Assembly (NCBI GenBank): GCA_001794435.1
Contig: MGJU01000013.1
Location: 157,196-212,696 of the forward strand
Length of the DNA: 55,501 nt
Direction: 5' to 3'
Origin: Candidatus Yanofskybacteria bacterium RIFCSPHIGHO2_02_FULL_43_17
GTDB lineage: Bacteria; Patescibacteriota; Minisyncoccia; 2-02-FULL-40-12; GWA2-44-9
Shown: positions 33,612 through 42,867 of the stretch, in pieces
Layout: each line of letters begins with the position of its first letter
Position numbering within the stretch: position 1 is the stretch's first letter
Made by a program: the position numbers and the translations under genes
Notes under the pieces: model-generated
Told to the model about the DNA's origin: nothing
The model's database searches: none
The model's input: the letters and a program-made list of their open reading frames with translations, nothing else

Positions 33612-34619
33612 TCAATCGAATAGTTCCTTGGCTCGCTCCCAATGTTCGGGGTATCCATTTAGCTTTAACCAATACCACCACTCCGCACCCCACAGATAAA
33701 AACCATCAAAGCCGGACTTGGCTGAAAAATCAATCATCTCGTTAAATTTGTCTATACCCATCCTGTCCAGTTGAACTTCAATAGGTGTTTCAATTATCGG
33801 CTGGAGCAGCCACGGCTCTGCCGATAATTCAATGACAAGGGTTGGTTTGGCGCCAAGAATAAGGCGAGTAATATTGTATTTAAGTCGGAAAAATCCTGGT
33901 GTGATGGGATATCGGATAGGAAAATCTATCGATTTTGGCCAAACATATAAATACAAGCTGGTGCCGAAAACATCGGCTCGCGAATAAGCACGGAACCAGT
34001 CGCCAAATTCTCCGCTGTCTGTGATTATAATCGGATGTTGCGAATCCAGTTGTCGAACCAAGTCTATCTCTTTTTTTAAAATTTCGTTGACTTTTTCATT
34101 GTGTATCCCGCAGTAAGCCCTGCTGAAAGATATGAGAAACGGTTCATTTTCAATCTGCCAATATTTCAATGATGGGGAGTCCTTATATCTCTTGACGACG
34201 GTTTCGACGTATTTTAAAAGTTCTTGCTGGTGTTGTTCTTGAGACAATCCTTCAACCCACTTCGGGGTATGGCATTCCGGCCAACCGGGAAGACGGTGGC
34301 CTACGGCTAAAACAATCGAGGCATTCATCCTTTCAGCTTCTTCAAATTGAAAATCAAGCTCTGAAAAATTAAATTTATCCTTTTCCGGCTCCGTTGTGGG
34401 CCAGTGTGCAGAAAACCTGAAATTCCTAATACCCAGATCATTCAGGAGAGCAAGATATGTTTCTTTCCAATTCAACCCAAGTTCATCGACATGAAAACGA
34501 CTGAAAGAAGCGCCGTAAATCGGCTCGCTGATATTTTCCGAAAAATCCAAAGAAAACACCCAAAGGACAGCGACAATGATCAATAAAATTTGAATGATTA
34601 TTTTATTTCTCTTTTTCAT
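33612..34619 (-). CDS. Membrane-anchored clan GH-A (TIM-barrel) glycoside hydrolase-like protein
   Basis: 335-aa ORF; N-terminal TM; WQIENEPF motif (NEP catalytic acid context), RFSAHWPTTEP. Confidence 0.5.
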   Translation of the reverse strand: MKKRNKIIIQILLIIVAVLWVFSLDFSENISEPIYGASFSRFHVDELGLNWKETYLALLNDLGIRNFRFSAHWPTTEPEKDKFNFSELDFQFEEAERMNASIVLAVGHRLPGWPECHTPKWVEGLSQEQHQQELLKYVETVVKRYKDSPSLKYWQIENEPFLISFSRAYCGIHNEKVNEILKKEIDLVRQLDSQHPIIITDSGEFGDWFRAYSRADVFGTSLYLYVWPKSIDFPIRYPITPGFFRLKYNITRLILGAKPTLVIELSAEPWLLQPIIETPIEVQLDRMGIDKFNEMIDFSAKSGFDGFYLWGAEWWYWLKLNGYPEHWERAKELFD

Positions 34620-34643
34620 TAGTAAAGTTATCTGCAGTTTTCA

Positions 34644-34670
34644 CATGATCGACATCACAAGTCGATCATG
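34644..34670. repeat. REP-core variant hairpin, intergenic (likely terminator of 34694-35572)
   Basis: catgatcgac-atcacaa-gtcgatcatg, perfect 10-bp stem; core atgatcgacatcacaagtcgatcat matches REP core ataatcgacttcgcaagtcgattat at 21/25. Confidence 0.6.
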
Positions 34671-34693
34671 TCGACATACTGACTGATTTAAAT

Positions 34694-35572
34694 CTATACA
34701 TTCTGCACAAAAAGAATTAGAAACCCCACCAGCACCACTAAAATACCAGAGAGCTTGTGCGCAATTGTTGCCCTATCGGTTTTTTCTTGAACTCCAGAAA
34801 CTTTTCCCCCCAAAAACAGAACCAGCACAAATGTGAGTAAAAATTGTATTCCCAAAAGACCGTTCACCAAAGAAACATTGCCAAGGTTAATTGCAAAATA
34901 AAGAATTATAAAACCGGCGGCGGCAAGCAACTTATTAAAAACAAATAAAGTCTTTGACTTTAATGGAGAGTAATCATACGTAAACTTAACCTCTTTCCGG
35001 ACATGCGGGAAAATAAGAGAAACAAACGCACCGCCGACAAAACCGACTCTTGTCCAGAACAAGCCGTTGACGAAACCGGCCGTATTAAATGAAAGTTTCA
35101 GCAAAACGTAATACATTCCGAACAATACCCCGGCAAATATCGCCCAAACCAGAACACGTTTTTCTATCCTGCCTAAAAGAAATATCCCCGAAACCAAAAA
35201 CAGGAAAGCGACAGAATTAAGCGGAGAAAGAACTTCTTTAAGAATAATAACCGAGAATAAATATGTAAAAATAGCTCCTACGGTTCCTACTTGAGTTGCC
35301 GCTATCGAGACGTCGCTTTCTTTGATCGATTTGTAAAGAAGCAATAGCCCTGCGAAAAAAACAACTCCCGCTCCAACCATTAATAAAAAGCTGCCGAAAC
35401 CCGGCAGGTTAACCCCAAAAGGAATAAGAAAAACGGCTCCCAAACTTAAAATAGCCACACCGAAAGCATAGGCATGATATTTGGGTATGTGGCCGGCAAG
35501 AAGATATTTGTCAATTACAAAAACAACGGCGTTGATGAAGTAGGCGAGTAGTGCGAGATAAAGCCAGATCAA
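34694..35572 (-). CDS. DMT/EamA-family transporter
   Basis: 292-aa ORF; about 10 TM helices in two similar halves. Confidence 0.6.
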   Translation of the reverse strand: MIWLYLALLAYFINAVVFVIDKYLLAGHIPKYHAYAFGVAILSLGAVFLIPFGVNLPGFGSFLLMVGAGVVFFAGLLLLYKSIKESDVSIAATQVGTVGAIFTYLFSVIILKEVLSPLNSVAFLFLVSGIFLLGRIEKRVLVWAIFAGVLFGMYYVLLKLSFNTAGFVNGLFWTRVGFVGGAFVSLIFPHVRKEVKFTYDYSPLKSKTLFVFNKLLAAAGFIILYFAINLGNVSLVNGLLGIQFLLTFVLVLFLGGKVSGVQEKTDRATIAHKLSGILVVLVGFLILFVQNV

Positions 35573-35579
35573 ATTAATT

Positions 35580-35625
35580 ATAAAGTTAAAAAGTTATAAA
35601 GTTTATAATAATCAGTATAAACTTT
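35580..35625 (-). terminator. Octamer array (ANAAAGTT x3) plus 10-bp hairpin overlapping the stop of the GH1 gene
   Basis: ataaagtt aaaaagtt ataaagtt; hairpin aaagtttata-N8-tataaacttt (35598-35625) includes the last codons SLY and the stop. Confidence 0.6.
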
Positions 35626-36880
35626 CGACTTTTAACTCGTTCTCTCTACATATTTTAGCATATTCATAAGCTGAAGGACGAATTTTTCTTTCTAGCGTCG
35701 CATAATCAATTTCAACTAACCCGAACCGGGGTTTAAATCCAAGATGCCATTCAAAATTATCCAAAAGAGACCAATATAAGTACCCGCGCACATCAACACC
35801 GTCCTGGATGGCCTGCCAGATCCATCGCAGATGATCTTTGATAAATTTTTCTCTTTGCAGATCGGCTCCGTCAGCAATCCCGTTTTCGGTTATGAAAATA
35901 GGTTTTTTAAACTTACTTAAATCCTTCAATACATGATAAATTCCTTCCGGATAAATTTCCCAGTTCATTTCTTTCATAAATTCCTGTTTTGAAACAAGCT
36001 TCTTATTTTCACCAAAAAACGGTTTTCTACTTATGTGATAGTAGTTAAGACCTATAAAGTCGTAGTGGGGGGTATTTTCTTTAAAAAAATAAAAATTTCT
36101 GAAACGCTTATACATTCTCCTCACCAGTATCGTCCAAAAATTTTTTGTATCTGGAACATAAACGTTATTCTCTGTTATTCCCACCATTACATTGTGCGAC
36201 GTTAGGAAAGATTGACTTGAATTAGACGAAACATCGTATATTTTCTTTACCTCTCGATAGGCGAGTACGTGTGCCTTAGATATATTTCTTCTCATTCTTA
36301 AGAAATTTAAAATACCTCGACCTCTCGAAGGCCAAATAGCTGTTAAGTTGGTATATCCGGCATATACCGTAAGAGCTTCATTAAAAGTTATCCACAGCCC
36401 CACCTCGTCCTTTAAGTTATCCACAACATACTTTGCATACCTTGTAAAGTACTCGGGCGATTTTTTATTTAAGAACCCCCCCTTTTCCGCAAACCAGATT
36501 GGATTAGTAAAATGCCAAAGCGTTACCATCGGCTCCATTCCCCTGTCCCGCAAAACCTTGACTAAACGTTGATAATGTTTGATAGCTTCAAAATCGAACT
36601 TCCCCTCTTCCGGTTCTATACGCGACCACTCGATAGAAAAACGGTGAATGTTTTGATTCAGTTTTTTAGCAATATCGAAGTCTTCTTCATAGCGGTTGTA
36701 GCTGTCGCAAGCACGACCGGAAATAAAATCAGAGGGTGTTTTCCCCTCTTTCTTTAGTTGAGCAATTCTTTCAGGCGAACTTTCCCATTCGGACCAATCA
36801 TTGTGGTTGTTGCCTTCAATCTGATGAGCCGACGTAGCGCTCCCCCACTTAAATCCGTCGGGGAATTTATAAATAGACAT
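35612..36880 (-). CDS. GH1 family beta-glucosidase
   Basis: 422-aa ORF; FKWGSATSAHQIEG, WITFNE (acid/base), ITENG (nucleophile), WSLLDNFEW. Confidence 0.9.
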   Translation of the reverse strand: MSIYKFPDGFKWGSATSAHQIEGNNHNDWSEWESSPERIAQLKKEGKTPSDFISGRACDSYNRYEEDFDIAKKLNQNIHRFSIEWSRIEPEEGKFDFEAIKHYQRLVKVLRDRGMEPMVTLWHFTNPIWFAEKGGFLNKKSPEYFTRYAKYVVDNLKDEVGLWITFNEALTVYAGYTNLTAIWPSRGRGILNFLRMRRNISKAHVLAYREVKKIYDVSSNSSQSFLTSHNVMVGITENNVYVPDTKNFWTILVRRMYKRFRNFYFFKENTPHYDFIGLNYYHISRKPFFGENKKLVSKQEFMKEMNWEIYPEGIYHVLKDLSKFKKPIFITENGIADGADLQREKFIKDHLRWIWQAIQDGVDVRGYLYWSLLDNFEWHLGFKPRFGLVEIDYATLERKIRPSAYEYAKICRENELKVESLY

Positions 36881-36884
36881 GCGG

Positions 36885-37379
36885 CTATTTTTTAGTCACA
36901 CTGACCAGTTCTATCTCAAAAAGAAGAGTTGAGTTTGGAGGAATGATGTCGCCTGCTCCTCTTGCGCCATAACCAAGTTCGGGTGGAATTATTAACTTCC
37001 TCTTCCCGCCTTCTTTCATTCCAATTAAGCCAAGCTCCCAGCCCTGAATCAACTGACCCGAACCAAGCACGAACTGAATCGGCTGTCCCCTACCGTAAGA
37101 TTCGTCAAAAACGGTTCCGCTCTCAAGAGTACCGACATAATGAGCGTTTAAGGTGTCGCCATTCTCTGCAATCTTTCCAGTACCAACAACCACATCCTGG
37201 ATTACTAAACCGTTATCCTGTCTGGTTGGCTCACCGGCTTTGGGTGTTGGTATCGGAGTAGCAGTAGGAACCGGGACTTCCGCCGCTTTATTTACTTCTC
37301 TGGTTTTCTGAATGACAAACCAGGCTGTAATAGCGACAAACAATATTAAAATTGTGGAGATTAAAACGGTTTTGGTCAT
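36885..37379 (-). CDS. FKBP-type peptidyl-prolyl cis-trans isomerase, membrane anchored
   Basis: 164-aa ORF; N-terminal TM; HYVGTLESGTVFDESYGRGQPIQFVLGSGQLIQGWELGLIGMKEGGKRKLIIPPELGYG. Confidence 0.9.
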   Translation of the reverse strand: MTKTVLISTILILFVAITAWFVIQKTREVNKAAEVPVPTATPIPTPKAGEPTRQDNGLVIQDVVVGTGKIAENGDTLNAHYVGTLESGTVFDESYGRGQPIQFVLGSGQLIQGWELGLIGMKEGGKRKLIIPPELGYGARGAGDIIPPNSTLLFEIELVSVTKK

Positions 37380-37410
37380 GTTTATATGATTATATATAAT
37401 CGGTTCTCTC

Positions 37411-37440
37411 GGATGGACAAAAATTTATTTTTGTCCATCC
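37411..37440 (-). terminator. Intrinsic terminator after 37451-38386
   Basis: ggatggacaaaaat-tt-atttttgtccatcc, perfect 14-bp stem. Confidence 0.75.
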
Positions 37441-37450
37441 TCGCTGCCGA

Positions 37451-38386
37451 TTATAGAGGTCTTGGCTTGGTTAGTTGAAAAAAGTCCGGATCGATCGTCC
37501 TTTCAAAGCAAGTACGCCCTAAATCGTGCTGCCAGCCATAATCCTGGCCTCTCGGCGGATATATCATCGGGACGGCGCGCTGGTCATCTTCTCCTTTTGT
37601 TGTAAATGTCGCGCATAGTTCAAAAGTTAAATTTGAAACAACCCGATATTCATACGGCTCACCCGTTTCGGGATCAACCGGAACAACGGTTCCCAAAAGC
37701 GGGTCCTCTAGGTCGCGCAAACTAGTCGGCAATTTTTCTTTGTTCTGCCAATAGTTAGTTATGTAATTCTGGACCATAGATAAGTCTTGTATTCTCCTTT
37801 CATCAAATCTTTTGTCCCTTTGTTGGAAAGGCGAACCGATAACGGCAAATCCCCACCCTACCGCTAAAATAACTGCCGCTACGATGACCCACGAAAACAG
37901 GTCCAGCCACTTGACAGTCTTTTCTCTTAGTTGGGCCAGATAGTAATAAAATACCGAACCAGATATAAAGAATATCGTCAGCGCTTTAAGTGTAAATCTA
38001 GTCGTCAGTTCGCCTCTTAGAAAATTATTAACAACTGTCACAAAATCCCCTATTATGACGAGCGCAGCGGCAAACAGGGTGAGATACAAAAGCCATTTCC
38101 TTATTCTTAATTCTTTTTTCTCTGGATGAAGGGCAACGTCTTTCCTTAAAAATCTTGATACCCACAGAAACACCGGAAACACAACGATAAGCATCGCCAT
38201 CGCCTGTCTTATCGGCGATTCGTAGGATGAGGCGCTTTTATAATAGTCAGTTGCCAGATCCGGGAAATAAAAATCAATATAATTAAAAACAGCCATTCCA
38301 AAGCCCACTGCCACTACGACCAAGGTTATGATAGCCAAAAGATAGAGAAACGTATCTCGAGGCAAATTTTTAGAAACTTCTGACAT
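37451..38386 (-). CDS. Polytopic membrane protein (DUF5671-like) with soluble C-terminal domain
   Basis: 311-aa ORF; about 6 TM helices. Confidence 0.45.
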   Translation of the reverse strand: MSEVSKNLPRDTFLYLLAIITLVVVAVGFGMAVFNYIDFYFPDLATDYYKSASSYESPIRQAMAMLIVVFPVFLWVSRFLRKDVALHPEKKELRIRKWLLYLTLFAAALVIIGDFVTVVNNFLRGELTTRFTLKALTIFFISGSVFYYYLAQLREKTVKWLDLFSWVIVAAVILAVGWGFAVIGSPFQQRDKRFDERRIQDLSMVQNYITNYWQNKEKLPTSLRDLEDPLLGTVVPVDPETGEPYEYRVVSNLTFELCATFTTKGEDDQRAVPMIYPPRGQDYGWQHDLGRTCFERTIDPDFFQLTKPRPL

Positions 38387-38404
38387 GTATCCATACTACC
38401 GTAA

Positions 38405-38437
38405 AAGCAAAATCCCCGCAATGCGGGGTTTGTTTTT
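38405..38437 (-). terminator. Intrinsic terminator after 38465-39004
   Basis: ccccgc-aat-gcgggg stem (38414-38428) with T/A runs on both sides. Confidence 0.7.
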
Positions 38438-38464
38438 AATAAAAATGGGGCAAGAGGCCACGCC

Positions 38465-39004
38465 TTAATGAATGGCGTTGCTTGAAGGAGGAAAAATAAG
38501 CAAAGAGTTGTTAATGGAAATATTCCTTATTGCCCTGAAAACCGCACTGCCTGTCAAACGAACATCCGCGCCCACACCTATCCAGCCCAATTCCTGAGAT
38601 TTTCCATCATGCCTGTCGCTCCTCACCACAAAAAAGCCAGAAACGCCGTGACCAAAACTCTCTTTCTTGACTTCCAAGTTCAGACCTCCCAAGAACCTGA
38701 CGACCTGAATAATTTTGACCCCGCTTTGCTTGGGATGAGTCACTTCCAAGGTAACCCGAGAAGCATATCCACTGTTGTCTCTTGATGTCTCAAACCCGAT
38801 GATGGTCCCCTTTTTGAGCATCGGAATGCGGACGCCCTCATTCATTTGATCAACCGGCGGTCTATCGGCTTTCGCCAAAGAATACCACAGGTTATGCATG
38901 GCCGCAGTTGTCTTGCTTGTCGTTCTCATTCCCGCCTCTCTTGTCTTGTCGAAGAACCGGCTACACAATACCCTGATTATAAACCTTGGCATCGTTGTTG
39001 TCAA
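38465..39004 (-). CDS. Hypothetical protein
   Basis: 179-aa ORF bounded by terminator hairpins on both sides; start uncertain (internal Met at residues 5 and 26). Confidence 0.4.
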   Translation of the reverse strand: MTTTMPRFIIRVLCSRFFDKTREAGMRTTSKTTAAMHNLWYSLAKADRPPVDQMNEGVRIPMLKKGTIIGFETSRDNSGYASRVTLEVTHPKQSGVKIIQVVRFLGGLNLEVKKESFGHGVSGFFVVRSDRHDGKSQELGWIGVGADVRLTGSAVFRAIRNISINNSLLIFPPSSNAIH

Positions 39005-39032
39005 TTACAAACCATGAGTCGAACTGTCTATT

Positions 39033-39060
39033 AAAATGCCCCGTTACAACGGGGCATTTT
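39033..39060 (-). terminator. Intrinsic terminator after 39063-39254
   Basis: aaaatgccccg-ttacaa-cggggcatttt. Confidence 0.75.
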
Positions 39061-39062
39061 AA

Positions 39063-39254
39063 TTATAGTGTCTCAACCTCTTTATTTATTTCTTTAAATT
39101 CGTCGTCCAAGTTATTTACATCCAGACCCTCCAGTTCTTGATTGATGTCGTTTGTCTCCAAAGGCGTTTCGACGTTTGCTTGTCTTGACCACCACCAAAA
39201 CACCACAACAACGATTAATACGGCGGCAGCAATTATATATGATTTTTTATTCAC
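39063..39254 (-). CDS. Small membrane protein with acidic tail (hypothetical)
   Basis: 63-aa ORF; one TM helix followed by a D/E-rich tail. Confidence 0.4.
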   Translation of the reverse strand: MNKKSYIIAAAVLIVVVVFWWWSRQANVETPLETNDINQELEGLDVNNLDDEFKEINKEVETL

Positions 39255-39281
39255 TTGGTTTAATTGATTATTTTTTAATAA

Positions 39282-40106
39282 CTATTCGTCCTCGGTCGGC
39301 TCCGGACTTTCTGTGGCTTCAGGGGTAGGCGTCGGTCTGGGAAGTTGCGCGAGGGTTTTAGCTGCCTGCCTTACGGCTTCATGAGCCGCTTTGACCACCA
39401 ACCTCACCGCAGTCAGGTCTTTGTGTAAAGCTTGCCTGGCTTTGCCCACATCATTCTTCAAGCCCTCTTCGGTGCTTATTTGAATGGTGTATGTTTTACC
39501 TGATTGTGTCTCAATAGCTGATCGGGCGGCAACAATCGCGCTGTTGGCCGCATCTACCGCCGTTCTTACGGCCGCAACATCAACACCCCTTTCTTCGGCC
39601 TTATCCGTTCTTGTTGATATTTTTACCAAAACATCGCTAAGTTTGTCCAGAACATTAAGATAATGTTTCAATAATCTGTCGTTAAGCGCGTCCATCTGCC
39701 CGTCTATCCTCTCGACGACCTGCTTCTTTCTCTCGTCTTTGATCTTGTCTAAACGCTGTTTCAATTCTTCTCTCTTTGTTTCAACCTTGGTCTTAAGCTC
39801 TTCTCTTTTTTGCTCAACTCTTGTTTTGAGCTCTTCTTTTCTTTGTTCTGTCTCTTTTTTAAACGCCTCGGTTGCTTCCCTGGTTCTTGTCTTTATTTCT
39901 TCTCTTGTCTCGTGGACAGTAGCCCGGACTTCTTGCCTCTTTTCCTGAACATTAGTCTTTATCTCTTGCCTTTTCTCGCGGATATTTTCTCTAACTCCTC
40001 TACTGCCGGTATTGGATTCTTCAGCCAACACCCAGCCGCCGAACAAAACGGCTCCGACCACCAAAATTGATAAGATGTGTGATTTTTTGATATGTTTATA
40101 CTTCAT
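39282..40106 (-). CDS. Secreted coiled-coil repeat protein (hypothetical)
   Basis: 274-aa ORF; signal/anchor; tandem 11-residue-type repeats EKRQEIKTNVQ, EKRQEVRATVH, EQKREELKTKVE, TKREELKQRLD. Confidence 0.5.
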   Translation of the reverse strand: MKYKHIKKSHILSILVVGAVLFGGWVLAEESNTGSRGVRENIREKRQEIKTNVQEKRQEVRATVHETREEIKTRTREATEAFKKETEQRKEELKTRVEQKREELKTKVETKREELKQRLDKIKDERKKQVVERIDGQMDALNDRLLKHYLNVLDKLSDVLVKISTRTDKAEERGVDVAAVRTAVDAANSAIVAARSAIETQSGKTYTIQISTEEGLKNDVGKARQALHKDLTAVRLVVKAAHEAVRQAAKTLAQLPRPTPTPEATESPEPTEDE

Positions 40107-40115
40107 ATTTTAATT

Positions 40116-40385
40116 TTACAAACCATTGATCTCAGAGTCAATCTCTTCAAATCCCTTCTCAAAAGCATCCAGATCGATCTCTTCTATGCTACGACCTATC
40201 TCGGCGGACAACCTTACGTCGCCGTTCCTGACGACACTATAAAATGAGCCCTCTATTAAAGCAAGGCTCGTTATTGTGTCCGCTACTTCAAGCATAACAA
40301 AACCACCCATTGCTGTTATGGCAACTAAGGCGATGGCAAAATAAAAGTGTTGCCTATTTCCATCCATATAATTTATATTATACAC
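40116..40385 (-). CDS. Small membrane protein (hypothetical)
   Basis: 89-aa ORF; one TM helix. Confidence 0.35.
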   Translation of the reverse strand: MYNINYMDGNRQHFYFAIALVAITAMGGFVMLEVADTITSLALIEGSFYSVVRNGDVRLSAEIGRSIEEIDLDAFEKGFEEIDSEINGL

Positions 40386-40445
40386 GATTTAATTATTATA
40401 GGGGTGTGGATATTATAATAAATAGCTAGCAGACGAGATGAGTGG

Positions 40446-41033
40446 TTAATTTATCAACTTGATTACATTTGCCACTCCTATCGCATAAATAGAGTTGAAT
40501 ACCATATTCCCGAAAAACACCGGCAACAATATATAAACAGATCTGTAGCCAAGAAAAGCCATGGGTATAACCATGATTTCATTGGGAAACGGAACGAGAG
40601 ATGCGAATAAGAATAATATCAAAACTGGAGACCAATGCAGCTTTTCCTTGATAATCTCAAATTTATTAATAACCTTTTTTTCAAACGCAGACAAAACCAT
40701 GTGTCTACCCGTCTTGCCAAGTAGATACGCCACAAAATCGGCAAGCGTCATACCGGCCGCTATTATTATTACCACCGCAAAAGCATTCAAGCCAGATGCA
40801 AGGAAAACCGGTAAAAAAGAAATGGCTGGAATGGGTATAACCAGATTAAATCCACTCACGACCGCCATAAGAAATATTCCGCCATACCCAAACTTTCTTA
40901 TTAAATTGCTTATAAAATCACCGTCCTTAAGCGTATCGCTTGCCCAAAAAGCGAAAACTCCCACTAATACGAGAAGGATTATCCTTATTAAATACTGGTG
41001 ATTATTAATAAGTTTTCTAAACATTATTATCAA
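40446..41033 (-). CDS. DedA/TVP38 (VTT-domain) family membrane protein
   Basis: 195-aa ORF; YGGIFLMAVVSGFNLVIPIPAISFLPVF and AAGMTLADFVAYLLGKTG resemble the VTT domain. Confidence 0.55.
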   Translation of the reverse strand: MIIMFRKLINNHQYLIRIILLVLVGVFAFWASDTLKDGDFISNLIRKFGYGGIFLMAVVSGFNLVIPIPAISFLPVFLASGLNAFAVVIIIAAGMTLADFVAYLLGKTGRHMVLSAFEKKVINKFEIIKEKLHWSPVLILFLFASLVPFPNEIMVIPMAFLGYRSVYILLPVFFGNMVFNSIYAIGVANVIKLIN

Positions 41034-41059
41034 TGTTTATAAAAGATTATGTATTAAGT

Positions 41060-41725
41060 TTAATTAAGATTATTAAGATTTTTAATCCCATCTATCCAAC
41101 CGGCTATTTGCCGGGCAAGTATAGAGCTCTGCGCCACCTTGATCCTTAAAAATCCCGATTTCTGAAGATATATATTAGAAAAATCTTTCTTTAAAAACCC
41201 GGTAACTTGCGACCAGTAATTAGTGGTCTCATCAATAATCTTACCGATATTTTTACTCTTTCTATTTCCTTTCATAAAAATATCAAACCTTATTTCTTCG
41301 TCTCGAATACCTCCAATATCTCGAAGCCATTTCAAAAATAATTTTATCATATCGGGATCAGAACTTGAAAAATGAACTCCCTTTTTCAAGTTGGTTTTAT
41401 TGCCATTCTTCCAATAAAGAACAATGCCCATTAGCCATAATTCTTTTTTTGAAATTTTTTTCACATCCTGCGAAGAAGATATCTTTACCTCTTCTATCAT
41501 CCGCAGAGTCCTGGAAATTTTCTTCAGCGCATTGGCTTTGGCAGTCTTTGTTCTTTTCTCATTCAATTTTTTAACTTGTTCTGGGGTCAGTTTTATGTTT
41601 TTTAACCAATACGACAGCGTCGACTTGGGAATATGGAGTCGATTTTCTATTTCAGAATATGAACACCCGCGCTTGCGCATCTCAATGGCAATGTTTTGTT
41701 TATACTTTTCCAGATATTGAATCAT
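41060..41725 (-). CDS. HTH-domain protein, possibly a LAGLIDADG-like homing endonuclease
   Basis: 221-aa ORF; N-terminal HTH (GCSYSEIENRLHIPKSTLSYWLKNI); LWLMGIVLYWKNGNK resembles the G.LYWGEG.K variant of LAGLIDADG motifs. Confidence 0.35.
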   Translation of the reverse strand: MIQYLEKYKQNIAIEMRKRGCSYSEIENRLHIPKSTLSYWLKNIKLTPEQVKKLNEKRTKTAKANALKKISRTLRMIEEVKISSSQDVKKISKKELWLMGIVLYWKNGNKTNLKKGVHFSSSDPDMIKLFLKWLRDIGGIRDEEIRFDIFMKGNRKSKNIGKIIDETTNYWSQVTGFLKKDFSNIYLQKSGFLRIKVAQSSILARQIAGWIDGIKNLNNLN

Positions 41726-41898
41726 CGTAATAGTCGTTAGACTACGCTAGTTATAACTACTTACATATTATCAATGTTCGAATATGTGTGCAAATAGTAC
41801 TTATAAACAGCAGGCTTTTAATAGCTTCTCGACACTACGTTGACTGGTGGCTGCGAGCCGTAATAGGTCTTAGAATCTGGATTATGAGTAATCATAAC

Positions 41899-42411
41899 TT
41901 ATTTCATCTCAATAATCTTTCTAAAAACATCGGCAGTAATTCTGCAATCTTCTAACGCATTATGTAGTCCTCTTGGCTTTGCTCCAAATTGTCGGAATAT
42001 CTCTTCGGAACGAATACTGCCTTCATAACCTTGCTTAAGAAGATAGATATAGGCAACAGGCCAGATATCCAAGATATGATAATCATACTGCTTTATATCT
42101 AATCCCGCAGCAGTAATAATTTTTTCAAAATTTTTCATATCTGCATTTGCAACCCAAGAACCAATAAGAATATCTACGCCGAACTTTTCAAAAATCATCT
42201 TGCCAACTTCAGACTGCAAAGGCGCGCCCTTCAAGGTTTCTTGAGATATACCCGAAGCAACTTTAACTTCTCCTTTCAAGTCAGTCCAAATATAACTTAA
42301 AAAACTATCTTTTTCTTTCAACGTTTCTTTGTCTAAAAGCACACCTCCTATTTGAACTGGTTCAGCAAGACCTTCAAAGTCAATTATCAAAATGTCTTTA
42401 AAAAATTTCAT
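41899..42411 (-). CDS. DEDDh-type 3'-5' exonuclease domain protein
   Basis: 170-aa ORF; ExoI LIIDFEG and ExoIII HNALEDCRITADVF motifs. Confidence 0.65.
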   Translation of the reverse strand: MKFFKDILIIDFEGLAEPVQIGGVLLDKETLKEKDSFLSYIWTDLKGEVKVASGISQETLKGAPLQSEVGKMIFEKFGVDILIGSWVANADMKNFEKIITAAGLDIKQYDYHILDIWPVAYIYLLKQGYEGSIRSEEIFRQFGAKPRGLHNALEDCRITADVFRKIIEMK

Positions 42412-42458
42412 TTTGGTTTAGGTTCTAACTTATAATTTATCCGGAGTCCGTCGAAGGA

Positions 42459-42722
42459 CTAACCCACTACATTACTTGGTTTACCAAATTTAATTAAATT
42501 TAACTTCTTTTCGCGTCGCCAACCCTTGACTTGCCTCTCTCGTTTTAATGCTTCGGGTTTTGTTTTAAATTCTTCAGTTCTTAAGATTTTAATTGCGGGA
42601 TAAAGTTTAGTGTGCCAACCACCAGATTTGGTTTTGTGTTCGGCAAACCTACGTTCTAAATTATCCGTAACTCCAGTATAGATACTATCATTTTCACAAA
42701 GTATTAAATATAAATAATACAT
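42459..42722 (-). CDS. GIY-YIG nuclease family protein
   Basis: Start taken at the ATG at 42722 (MYYLYLILCENDSIYTGVTDNLERRFAEH...RERQVKGW); the longer 42764 start reads through a 9-bp hairpin (42729-42759). Confidence 0.8.
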   Translation of the reverse strand: MYYLYLILCENDSIYTGVTDNLERRFAEHKTKSGGWHTKLYPAIKILRTEEFKTKPEALKRERQVKGWRREKKLNLIKFGKPSNVVG

Positions 42723-42793
42723 AAATTTGAAGTGCCCTTCGATAAACTCAGGGCACTTCTCCAATCTCAGCTTGCGCTGAGCTTGTCGAAGTG

Positions 42794-42864
42794 CTGCGGG
42801 ACAGGGATTCGAACCCCAATTTTTTGGTTCAGAGCCAAACGTCCTACCTTTAGACGATCCCGCA
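42794..42864 (-). tRNA. tRNA-Gln (anticodon CUG)
   Basis: Hand-folded cloverleaf: acceptor TGCGGGA/TCCCGCA, D GTCT/GGAC, anticodon stem TTTGG/CCAAA with loop CTCTGAA, T arm TGGGG-TTCGAAT-CCCTG; U1-A72 and G73 as in bacterial tRNA-Gln; CCA not encoded. Confidence 0.85.
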
Positions 42865-42867
42865 ATA

